Shown piece after piece: positions 33,266 through 40,083 of a stretch of 40,083 nucleotides of DNA (within the stretch, counting starts at the first letter, position 1; every line of letters starts with the position of its first letter). Origin of the DNA: an uncultured Elusimicrobiaceae bacterium (lineage in GTDB: Bacteria; Elusimicrobiota; Elusimicrobia; Elusimicrobiales; UBA9959). The position numbers and the translations under genes were made by a program. Under the pieces are notes generated by a model that was not told the DNA's origin, ran no database searches, and was given only the letters and a program-made list of their open reading frames with translations. Location: NCBI GenBank assembly GCA_964435105.1, contig CAYSYJ010000001.1, positions 1-40,083 of the forward strand. The letters are read 5' to 3'.

Positions 33266-33841
33266 ATGGAGAACGAAAAAAAGACCGGGCACAAAGGTCC
33301 TGCCGGGAGCGATCCCGAAAGCGCCTTCGCCCTGCTCATAGAAGAGCACCAGCGCCTGGTCTTCGCCGTGGCCTTCAGGCTGACAGGCAGCGCGGACGCC
33401 GCCGAGGACATAACCCAGGAAACCTTCCTGGCGGCCTGGAAGCACCTTAAGGATTTCCGCGGCGAGAGCTCTTTGAAGACCTGGCTGCTGCGTATCGCGG
33501 CCAATAAAAGCCGCTCCTGGTGGCGCTGGAAGCGGCTGCGCAACTGGGTGGGCCTGGGCAGGGGCGAGGGTCCGGAGGACGCGCCTGCCCTGGAAGACCT
33601 CCTGCCGGACAGGCCGGGGGAGAGGCCCGAGCAGGCGGCCCTGGCCGCCGACTTGGAGCGCCGGGTGCAGGCGGCCATAGCCCTGCTGCCGCAGCGCCAG
33701 CGCGAGGTGGCCGTCCTGCGCGCGCAGGAACTTTCCGTGGCGGAGATAGCCGTGGCGCTGGGCATGGCTGAAGGTACGGTGAAAGCCCACTGGTTCGAGG
33801 CCCGCAAGAAACTCGAGGCCTCCCTGGGGGAATACTTATGA
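33266..33841 (+). CDS. ECF-family RNA polymerase sigma factor
   Basis: Start taken at MENEKK (ATG 33266). Region 2 is DAAEDITQETFLAAWKHLKDFRGESSLKTWLLRIAAN. Region 4 is LSVAEIAVALGMAEGTVKAHWFEARKKL. Confidence 0.88.
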   Translation: MENEKKTGHKGPAGSDPESAFALLIEEHQRLVFAVAFRLTGSADAAEDITQETFLAAWKHLKDFRGESSLKTWLLRIAANKSRSWWRWKRLRNWVGLGRGEGPEDAPALEDLLPDRPGERPEQAALAADLERRVQAAIALLPQRQREVAVLRAQELSVAEIAVALGMAEGTVKAHWFEARKKLEASLGEYL

Positions 33842-34134
33842 ACGAAGAGAAAGAAAAAGAATTGCTGTCGCTTCTGGCGGTGAAACGCCATGAGGCCTTC
33901 TGGCAGCGCCAGAAACGGGAGATACTGGCCCGTGCTGGCGCCGCCCCCTCGCACCGCAAGGCCTGGCTGCTGGCCTCCGCCGCTGCGGCCGCGGCCCTGT
34001 TCTTCTTTATCTCAAGGCCCCAGGCCCCGGCGCCCGTTCCGGAGGCCCAGTTGGTGAGCACCGCTTTCCTGGAGCATTTGGATATGCTGGACGATATGGA
34101 CGTGCTGGAAGCCGTCCCGGAGAACGAATTATGA
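33838..34134 (+). CDS. single-pass membrane protein, candidate anti-sigma factor
   Basis: 98 aa with an ATGA overlap with the sigma gene. It has one TM segment (WLLASAAAAAALFFFI) and no zinc anti-sigma HxxxCxxC motif. Confidence 0.5.
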   Translation: MNEEKEKELLSLLAVKRHEAFWQRQKREILARAGAAPSHRKAWLLASAAAAAALFFFISRPQAPAPVPEAQLVSTAFLEHLDMLDDMDVLEAVPENEL

Positions 34135-34385
34135 AACGCAGGAAGATCATAGCCGGCCTGGTGCTGGCTATGGCCGCCGGGGTCATGGCCGCAGTAACTG
34201 CGCCGGCCGAGGTCATAGATAACCTGGATTTCTTCAGCGATCTCGAACTGTTGAGTAATTTGGAAGTGCTGGAAGGCGAAACCGACAACGCCGCGGTGGA
34301 GACTTCCACCAATACGGCCTCGGCGGCGCTGGCTAAGTCCACGGAAACAGTGAAAGCTTCCACCACTACGGCGGAGGGGTTATGA
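34131..34385 (+). CDS. small exported acidic protein
   Basis: 84 aa with an ATGA overlap and signal peptide MKRRKIIAGLVLAMAAGVMAAVTA. The motif is IDNLDFFSDLELLSNLEVLEGE. Confidence 0.5.
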   Translation: MKRRKIIAGLVLAMAAGVMAAVTAPAEVIDNLDFFSDLELLSNLEVLEGETDNAAVETSTNTASAALAKSTETVKASTTTAEGL

Positions 34386-34813
34386 AGACGATGAAATATA
34401 TCCTTATACTGGCGGCCTTCATGGCCGCGGCCCTCCCGGCCAGCGCCGCGGACGATCCCGGCAAGGCCGAGCGGGCCGCCGCCTGGGAAAAACTGCCCGA
34501 CGCTGAAAAAGCCCGGGTACTGGCCAATTACGAGAAATGGAAGAAACTGGACCCGGGAAAAAAGGCGCAGCTTGCCTCCAAGTTCGAGCGTTTCCGCGCC
34601 ATGCCGGAAGCCCGCCGCCAGGAACTGCGTGTCCGCTGGGCCCGTTTCCAGGCCATGCCGGAGGGGGAGCGCAATAAGCTCATAAAGAAGTTCCAGAAAT
34701 GGCAGAAGCTTTCCAAGGAACGCCGCGAGGAGCTGCGCCGCGAGTACCGCCAGGACCGCAAGGGCGAGCGTCGCGGCGGCGGCTCCGGCGGCGGCAGGGG
34801 CGGGCGCCGCTAG
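34382..34813 (+). CDS. exported DUF3106-like repeat protein
   Basis: 143 aa with an ATGA overlap and a signal peptide. It has repeated W/F-x-K/R-L/M-x-P-x-x-R units (WEKLPDAEKAR, WKKLDPGKKAQ, FRAMPEARRQE, FQAMPEGERNK, WQKLSKERREE) and a Gly/Arg tail. Confidence 0.6.
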   Translation: MKTMKYILILAAFMAAALPASAADDPGKAERAAAWEKLPDAEKARVLANYEKWKKLDPGKKAQLASKFERFRAMPEARRQELRVRWARFQAMPEGERNKLIKKFQKWQKLSKERREELRREYRQDRKGERRGGGSGGGRGGRR

Positions 34814-34880
34814 GCTAAACCTTATGGCCCCGGGCCGCGTCAGCATGTAGAGCGGCAATGGCCGCCATCAAGGAGGAGTT

Positions 34881-35387
34881 ATGAAGACCAAGACGATGAT
34901 GATAGCCGCCCTCAGCCTGGCTTCCGCTGTTTTAATGACGGCCGCCGTGAACGCCGAGGACGCCGTGAAGGAGCAGGACAAGCTGCAGACCATGGACCAG
35001 CTTAAGACCCAGGACAAGCTGCAGACCGGGGAAAAGCTGCGGGAAAAAGAGCAGCTGCGCCTCAAGGACGGCGCCGGTGAAGAAAAAAAGACCGGCCTGG
35101 ACCGGGCCGATGAGGCCGCCGGGGAGCATGGCCAGCAGGGCCGCGAGAAGGCCCGCGAGATGCAGGGCGCCGATAAGCCCAAGGGCGAAGCCGTGAGGGA
35201 GATGGCCGAGAATGCCGGCGAAGAGAAGGCCCTGAAAAACGCCGAGAAGGCCAAGAGGGGCGAAGGCGAACTGAAGCAGGAGCGCAAGCAGGAGAAGAAG
35301 CAGCTCCGCAAGAAGGAGCATGCCGGGGAGCGCGGGGCCCGTTACGAGCGCCGCGGCGGCGCCGGCGGCGGCAAGCGCGGCAAGTAA
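34881..35387 (+). CDS. exported Lys/Glu-rich low-complexity protein
   Basis: 168 aa with SD AAGGAGGAG upstream and a signal peptide. It has DKLQT repeats and a charged, helix-like composition. Confidence 0.55.
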   Translation: MKTKTMMIAALSLASAVLMTAAVNAEDAVKEQDKLQTMDQLKTQDKLQTGEKLREKEQLRLKDGAGEEKKTGLDRADEAAGEHGQQGREKAREMQGADKPKGEAVREMAENAGEEKALKNAEKAKRGEGELKQERKQEKKQLRKKEHAGERGARYERRGGAGGGKRGK

Positions 35388-35449
35388 GACTGAATGCCAG
35401 GACCGGCCGCCGCCCCCCGGAGGGGCGGCGGTCTCTATACGGGGCAACT

Positions 35450-36319
35450 ATGAAATACGCTGTTTTTTCCGTACTCTTCCTGATCTTTGCCGGCTCCGCC
35501 GGGGCCTATACCGACGCCGGCGGTCGCTACACCTCCGGGCCAGACGGCTACACGGGCGTTAACGCCTTCGCCGAATGGGGCGAAGACGACTATTATTTCC
35601 GGCCCTCGCTCAACACCTACAAGAGCGACCTCTCCGACAGGGTGTCGGCCTATTCCCTGGGCGCGGGCCTGGACCGGGAGGCCTGGAGCGCCGGGGCGGA
35701 ACTTTCGGTCACACCGGAAACCAACGGCTACAGGAATACCGGCCTCTATGCCGACTTCACGTACAACCTCCTGCGCTCGCCCGCAGAGGACGCGGCGCTG
35801 CAGGACGCCACGCTGGGCGTTTTCGCCGGGCTAACCATGCACGAGGACCTTTACGCCGCCTCCACCGCAACGATCTCCGTCGGCCGGCGCGGGACCTCCA
35901 CCGTCACCCTTACAGACGCTTTCAAGCTGAACCAGACGGATTACGGCGTCAGCGCCGCAGTAAAGATCTACGGCTTGCGCGCCAGCGGCCGCTTCACGAA
36001 AACGGCCTACAACAAGGATATCACCGCCGAGGCCCGCGAGCTGCCGCTCGATATAGGCGGTATCGGGACCAGCGGGTTCCCGGACACGGCCGTTTCCGCA
36101 AGGCTGCGCGTTCCCGGCCTGCCCGTGGTGCCGGAAGCCGGCTACGCCCGCACCAATTACCTGCTGGACCAGCCTTCTTCGGAAAGTTTCACCCTGGGGC
36201 TGAGCGTTAAACTGGCCAAGGCCGAAATTTCAGCCGGTTGGGAAAATTTCAATCCCGGCGGCGGGCTGCCCAAGAGCGATTACTGGTCGCTGGGTTTGAC
36301 CTTTTTCTTCCAGGACTAA
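35450..36319 (+). CDS. outer-membrane beta-barrel protein, function unknown
   Basis: 289 aa with signal peptide MKYAVFSVLFLIFAGSAGA. It shows alternating hydrophobic beta-strand patterns. The beta-signal-like end is YWSLGLTFFFQD. Confidence 0.65.
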   Translation: MKYAVFSVLFLIFAGSAGAYTDAGGRYTSGPDGYTGVNAFAEWGEDDYYFRPSLNTYKSDLSDRVSAYSLGAGLDREAWSAGAELSVTPETNGYRNTGLYADFTYNLLRSPAEDAALQDATLGVFAGLTMHEDLYAASTATISVGRRGTSTVTLTDAFKLNQTDYGVSAAVKIYGLRASGRFTKTAYNKDITAEARELPLDIGGIGTSGFPDTAVSARLRVPGLPVVPEAGYARTNYLLDQPSSESFTLGLSVKLAKAEISAGWENFNPGGGLPKSDYWSLGLTFFFQD

Positions 36320-36335
36320 AAAGGCATAGGCAAAG

Positions 36336-36364
36336 AAAAGGCCCCGCGCAGGCGGGGCCTTTTT
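36336..36364. terminator. bidirectional intrinsic terminator
   Basis: AAAA-GGCCCCGC-gcag-GCGGGGCC-TTTTT between convergent genes. Confidence 0.8.
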
Positions 36365-36380
36365 ATCGGCGGCGGCCGCG

Positions 36381-36572
36381 CTACTCCTTAAGACCGAGTT
36401 TGCGGAAGGCCCAGATGGCCGGGCACCAGCCGGTGAAGGCCGACTGCAGCAGGTTCAGGCCCACGAATACCGTCAGCCACACCCAGCGCGGGTCTTGGTA
36501 GAGCGTCAGCGTCACGCTCAACAGCACCATCACCCCCGCCAATAACCTCAACGCCTCATTCAGTTTCATCAT
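36381..36572 (-). CDS. DUF2892 (YgaP C-terminal-like) small membrane protein
   Basis: 63 aa with SD AGGAG upstream. It has two hydrophobic helices and the characteristic GWCP motif (FTGWCPAIW). Confidence 0.75.
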   Translation of the reverse strand: MMKLNEALRLLAGVMVLLSVTLTLYQDPRWVWLTVFVGLNLLQSAFTGWCPAIWAFRKLGLKE

Positions 36573-36580
36573 CTCTCCTA

Positions 36581-36689
36581 AAATAGGGACGGAGCCCTAT
36601 TTCCATGTTTTGTATCCCCAAAATTATCCTTGTTTTATAAGGATATTTGTCTTTGCGACCGGGGAATAAATAGGGCTCCGTCCCTATTT
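36581..36689. repeat. long perfect hairpin F (22-bp arms, 65-nt AT-rich loop)
   Basis: AAATAGGGACGGAGCCCTATTT (36581-36602) is the reverse complement of 36668-36689. The right arm overlaps the RND stop codon. The left arm ends 2 nt from the SD of the next gene. Confidence 0.9.
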
Positions 36690-39600
36690 ATTCGCCGGTG
36701 GCGCCGAGGAGGTCCTCGCGGACTTCCGGCTCGGGCCGGGCGGGCCTGAGCTGGTGCTCCTTGTCCTTGAAGGCCAGGTAGTAGAGCACCGGCACCGCCA
36801 CGCGGCTCAAGAGCGTGGCCGCTATCTGCCCGGCTATGAGCGAGATGGCCAACCCCTGGAAGATAGGGTCGAACAGGATCACGCCCGCGCCCACTATCAC
36901 GGCGAGCGCCGTCAGCAGCATCGGCCTGAACCTGACCACGCCGGCCTCTATCACGGCCTCCCGGAGCGGCATGCCCTCGCGCACTTTCAGGTTCACGAAA
37001 TCCACCAGGATGATGGAGTTGCGCACCACGATGCCCGCCGAGGCGATAAAGCCTATCATCGACGTGGCGGTAAAGAAGGCGCCCATGCCCCAATGCGCGG
37101 GGATGATGCCGATGAGCGCCATGGGGATGGCCGCCATGATGACGAAGGGCGTCAGGAAGCTCTCGAACCACGCCACTACGAGGATGTAGATGAGCACCAG
37201 CACCATGGCGAAGGCGAGGCCCAGGTCCCGGAACACCTCGTAGGTGATATGCCACTCGCCGTCCCACTTCACGGCCGTCTCGGCGGCGCTGGCCGGCTGG
37301 CGGGTGAAATACTGCTTTATGCCGCCGCCGCGCGCCTTGGAGAGCGCGTCTATCTTCTTCTTGAGGTCCAACACGGCGTAGACGGGGCTCTCGGTGCCGC
37401 CGGCTATGTCCGCCGTGACATAGGCCACCCGCTGCAGGTTCTTGCGGTAGATGGGGCGGTTCTCCAGGCCGTCTTCGGCCTTCACGAAGCTGGCCATGGG
37501 GATGGCCGTGCCGTTGGGGGAGAAGAACTTTATTTCCTTGAGCGTGGCGAGCTCGCGGCGCTTCTCCGGCGACAGGCGCAGCCTTATGTCCACCGCCTCG
37601 TGCTCCTCGGCCACATGGGCCGCGTCTATGTCCGCGCCGGCCAGCGACATCGCGGCGGTCTGCGCTATCTCGGCCGCGGCCACGCCGTTCAGGGTGGCCT
37701 TCTGCCGGTCCACCAGCAGGCGCGTCACCGGCTGTACGTCGGGGATATAGGAATCCACGTCCACTATGCCCTCGGTGCCTTTGAGCAGGTTCTTTATCTC
37801 CTCGGCCAGCTGGCGCTGGTTCTCGGGATTGGGGTCGAACACCTCGACGAGCAGGGTGGCCATGACCGGCGGGCCGGGGGGGACTTCCGCCACCTGCACG
37901 CGCGCCCCGTATTTATCCGCTATCTCCTTCAGCTTCGGGCGGGCGGCCAGGGCGATGTCGTGGCTCTGGCGCTTGCGGTCGCGCTTGTCCGACAAGTTCA
38001 CCTGTATGTCGGCCTGCCAGGGTTCCTTCCTCATGAAGTAATGACGCACCATGCCGTTGAAGTTATACGGCGCGCTGGCCCCGGTGTAAACCTGCAGGTC
38101 GCGCACCTCGGGCACGGTGGCGAGATAAGCCGCCATCTCGCCCGCCGCGCGCTCAGTGCGGGCCAGCGAGGAGCTCTCCGGCATATTGATGATCACCTGG
38201 AACTCGTTCTTATTGTCGAAGGGCAGCGTCTTGAAGATCACCAGCCGACCGGCCACCATGGCGAGCGCCCCGGCCAGCAGCGCCGCCGTGAACCACAGGA
38301 ACTTCTTGCCGTTGGCCGGCGCGTAGATGAGGCGCTTCATGAGGCTGCGGTAGTTGCGGTCCAGGAAACCCTCGTTCTTGTTCTCGCAATGCTTGAGCGG
38401 CCATTTCTCCACCACGCGGGCGTACAGCCACGGGGTGAAGGCGAAAGCCACGCCGAGCGAGAACAGCATGGCCACCGACGCGCCTATGGGGATGGGGCGC
38501 ATATAGGGCCCCATCAGGCCGCTGACGAAGGCCATGGGCAGGATGGAGGCGATCACCGTCCAGGTGGCGAGTATCGTCGGGTTGCCCACCTCGTCCACGG
38601 CGTTGAGGATATTGCGGAACAGCGAGTTCTTCTTGTTCGCGGCGCAGTGGCGGTTGATGTTCTCCACCACCACTATGGCGTCGTCCACCAGGATGCCGAT
38701 GGAGAAGATGAGCGCGAACAGGGTGATGCGGTTGAGGGTGTAACCGTAGAGATAATAGACCAGCATGGTCAGGGCGAGGGTGACCGGTATGGCCACCAGC
38801 ACCACCGCGGCCTCGCGCAGGCCGAGCGTCAGGGCGATCAGCAGCGTGACGGAGAGCGTGGCCAGCAGCATATGCCAGATGAGCTCGTCCGATTTGGCCT
38901 TGGCGGTCTCGCCGTAATTGCGGGTCACGGTCACGTTGACGCCGTCGGGGATCTCGCGCCCCTTCATCTTCTCCACCTTGGCCAGGATGTCGCGGGACAC
39001 CTCGGTGGCGTTGGCCCCCCGGCGCTTGGCCACGGAGAGCGTGACCGCCGGCGAGGCGGAGGCGGCCTTTACCGGGGAGGCCGGGCCCTGCAGCATGGTG
39101 ACGGAGCGCTCCTCCTCGTCGGGCCCGTCCTTGACGGCGGCCACCTCGGAGAGCCGCACCGGGCGGCCGTCGTAGACGCCCACCACGATGTTCTTCAGGT
39201 CCTCGGCGCTGCGGATGAAGGCGTCGGTGGCGGCCAGCAGCACCGTGTCGCCCTTATTGTAATGGCCGGCGGGCAGGCTGGTATTGGACATTTTGATGAT
39301 GCCGGCGAGCATCTGCGGCGTCAGGCGGTGGCGGGCCAGGGAGGCCGGGTCGAAATGGACGATGAACTGCCGCTTATGGCCGCCTATGACGCGGGTCTCG
39401 GAAACATTGGCGACGGAGTTGATCTCGGTCTGGATGCGGGCCGCGGCGCGGCGCAGGGCGTAGCCGTCCTTGCCCTCGCCCCAGAGGGTGAGGGCCAGCA
39501 CGGGCACGTCGTCGATGGCGCGGAACTTGATGAGCGGTTCGCCGGCGCCCTTCGGGAAGAGGTCCCTGTTGTCGAAGGTCTTGCTGTAGATGCGGTTCGC

Positions 39601-39942
39601 GGCGGTGTCGGGCTCGGTGCCCACCTTGAAGCGCACCGTGAACATGGCGAAGTGGGGATAGGCGATGGAATAGATATATTCCACGCCCGGGATCTCCCAG
39701 AGCTTGCGCTCGCCCACCTCGACCAGGTGCTTCTCTATCACGCGCGGCTCGGCGCCGTAGAAGGGCACCATCACGTCGAACATGGGCACGTTGATCTGCG
39801 GCTCCTCCTCGCGCGGCAGCTTGAAGGTGGAGAAGACGCCCAGCAGGATGAAGGTGACGATCAGGATGGGGGTCAGGCGCGAGCCGATGAAGCCCTCGGC
39901 CAGCCGGCCGGCCATACCGTATTTGTGTTCGGGGTTCTGCAT
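36688..39942 (-). CDS. RND-family efflux transporter permease (AcrB/CzcA-like)
   Basis: 1084 aa with the 12-TM pseudo-duplicated architecture and two large periplasmic loops. Typical blocks are ALIFSIGILVDDAIVVVENI and ASAGIVVRNSIILVDF. Confidence 0.92.
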   Translation of the reverse strand: MQNPEHKYGMAGRLAEGFIGSRLTPILIVTFILLGVFSTFKLPREEEPQINVPMFDVMVPFYGAEPRVIEKHLVEVGERKLWEIPGVEYIYSIAYPHFAMFTVRFKVGTEPDTAANRIYSKTFDNRDLFPKGAGEPLIKFRAIDDVPVLALTLWGEGKDGYALRRAAARIQTEINSVANVSETRVIGGHKRQFIVHFDPASLARHRLTPQMLAGIIKMSNTSLPAGHYNKGDTVLLAATDAFIRSAEDLKNIVVGVYDGRPVRLSEVAAVKDGPDEEERSVTMLQGPASPVKAASASPAVTLSVAKRRGANATEVSRDILAKVEKMKGREIPDGVNVTVTRNYGETAKAKSDELIWHMLLATLSVTLLIALTLGLREAAVVLVAIPVTLALTMLVYYLYGYTLNRITLFALIFSIGILVDDAIVVVENINRHCAANKKNSLFRNILNAVDEVGNPTILATWTVIASILPMAFVSGLMGPYMRPIPIGASVAMLFSLGVAFAFTPWLYARVVEKWPLKHCENKNEGFLDRNYRSLMKRLIYAPANGKKFLWFTAALLAGALAMVAGRLVIFKTLPFDNKNEFQVIINMPESSSLARTERAAGEMAAYLATVPEVRDLQVYTGASAPYNFNGMVRHYFMRKEPWQADIQVNLSDKRDRKRQSHDIALAARPKLKEIADKYGARVQVAEVPPGPPVMATLLVEVFDPNPENQRQLAEEIKNLLKGTEGIVDVDSYIPDVQPVTRLLVDRQKATLNGVAAAEIAQTAAMSLAGADIDAAHVAEEHEAVDIRLRLSPEKRRELATLKEIKFFSPNGTAIPMASFVKAEDGLENRPIYRKNLQRVAYVTADIAGGTESPVYAVLDLKKKIDALSKARGGGIKQYFTRQPASAAETAVKWDGEWHITYEVFRDLGLAFAMVLVLIYILVVAWFESFLTPFVIMAAIPMALIGIIPAHWGMGAFFTATSMIGFIASAGIVVRNSIILVDFVNLKVREGMPLREAVIEAGVVRFRPMLLTALAVIVGAGVILFDPIFQGLAISLIAGQIAATLLSRVAVPVLYYLAFKDKEHQLRPARPEPEVREDLLGATGE

Positions 39943-39957
39943 TGTAGGGTCCTTCCT

Positions 39958-40083
39958 TTATTTGGACAGCCTGGCGGACATTTCGCGCACCGCGGCTTCG
40001 TCGAGCTTTTCCGCCGCCAGCAGGGCCTGCGCGTGGAAGAGGTTCAGTTTATAGAGGGTTTCGTAATAGGCGGCCTCGGCCAG
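39958..40083 (-). CDS. efflux-system component, C-terminal 41 codons (probably a TolC/CzcC-like outer-membrane factor)
   Basis: Reverse complement reads LAEAAYYETLYKLNLFHAQALLAAEKLDEAAVREMSARLSK-stop. This resembles the last helices of outer-membrane factors, but the fragment is too short to exclude an adaptor protein. Confidence 0.4.
   Translation of the reverse strand: MAEAAYYETLYKLNLFHAQALLAAEKLDEAAVREMSARLSK

Overview
This is a GC-rich bacterial chromosomal window. I saw no rRNA, tRNA, CRISPR array, transposase, integrase or phage genes. About 45 genes look credible.

Coding content:
- Housekeeping: secA, lnt, an HDAC-family deacetylase, gpmI, a DsbA plus MauE/DoxX pair and a CheY-like receiver.
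- Secreted/accessory block (5.6-20.8 kb): two secreted proteins sharing a C-x9-C-x3-C module on either side of an HTH gene; three paralogous clostripain-like (C11) cysteine peptidases with signal peptides; an SDR epimerase; a membrane-fused spermidine-synthase-like protein; a 751-aa secreted orphan; a polytopic membrane protein.
- 25.7-33.1 kb: ArsR, TusA, a degenerate MvhD-like protein, two HdrA/QmoA/QmoB-like flavoproteins, a small winged-helix protein, a QmoC-like membrane FeS/cytochrome b protein, a DsrE2-like protein and a FadL-type porin. This reads as a Qmo/Hdr-like sulfur-relay and electron-transfer cluster, with no aprAB/sat/dsr partner in view.
- 33.2-36.3 kb: an ECF sigma module with translationally coupled small envelope proteins and a beta-barrel OMP.
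- 36.4-40.1 kb: a DUF2892 protein and an RND efflux pump.

The most unusual content is non-coding:
1. Two copies of a ~130-nt three-helix element (2971-3098 on the plus strand, 26363-26492 on the minus strand) differ by about ten compensatory base-pair substitutions. That pattern indicates a selected fold. I cannot assign it to a known RNA family.
2. Six long, perfect hairpins with AT-rich arms (22-30 bp arms, 21-65 nt loops) sit in intergenic spacers. Three share identical arms and bracket one peptidase gene and the 751-aa gene in a cassette-like layout. A 174-bp direct duplication there carries a vestigial gene 3' end.

The FadL-like porin also appears frameshifted just before its beta-signal.
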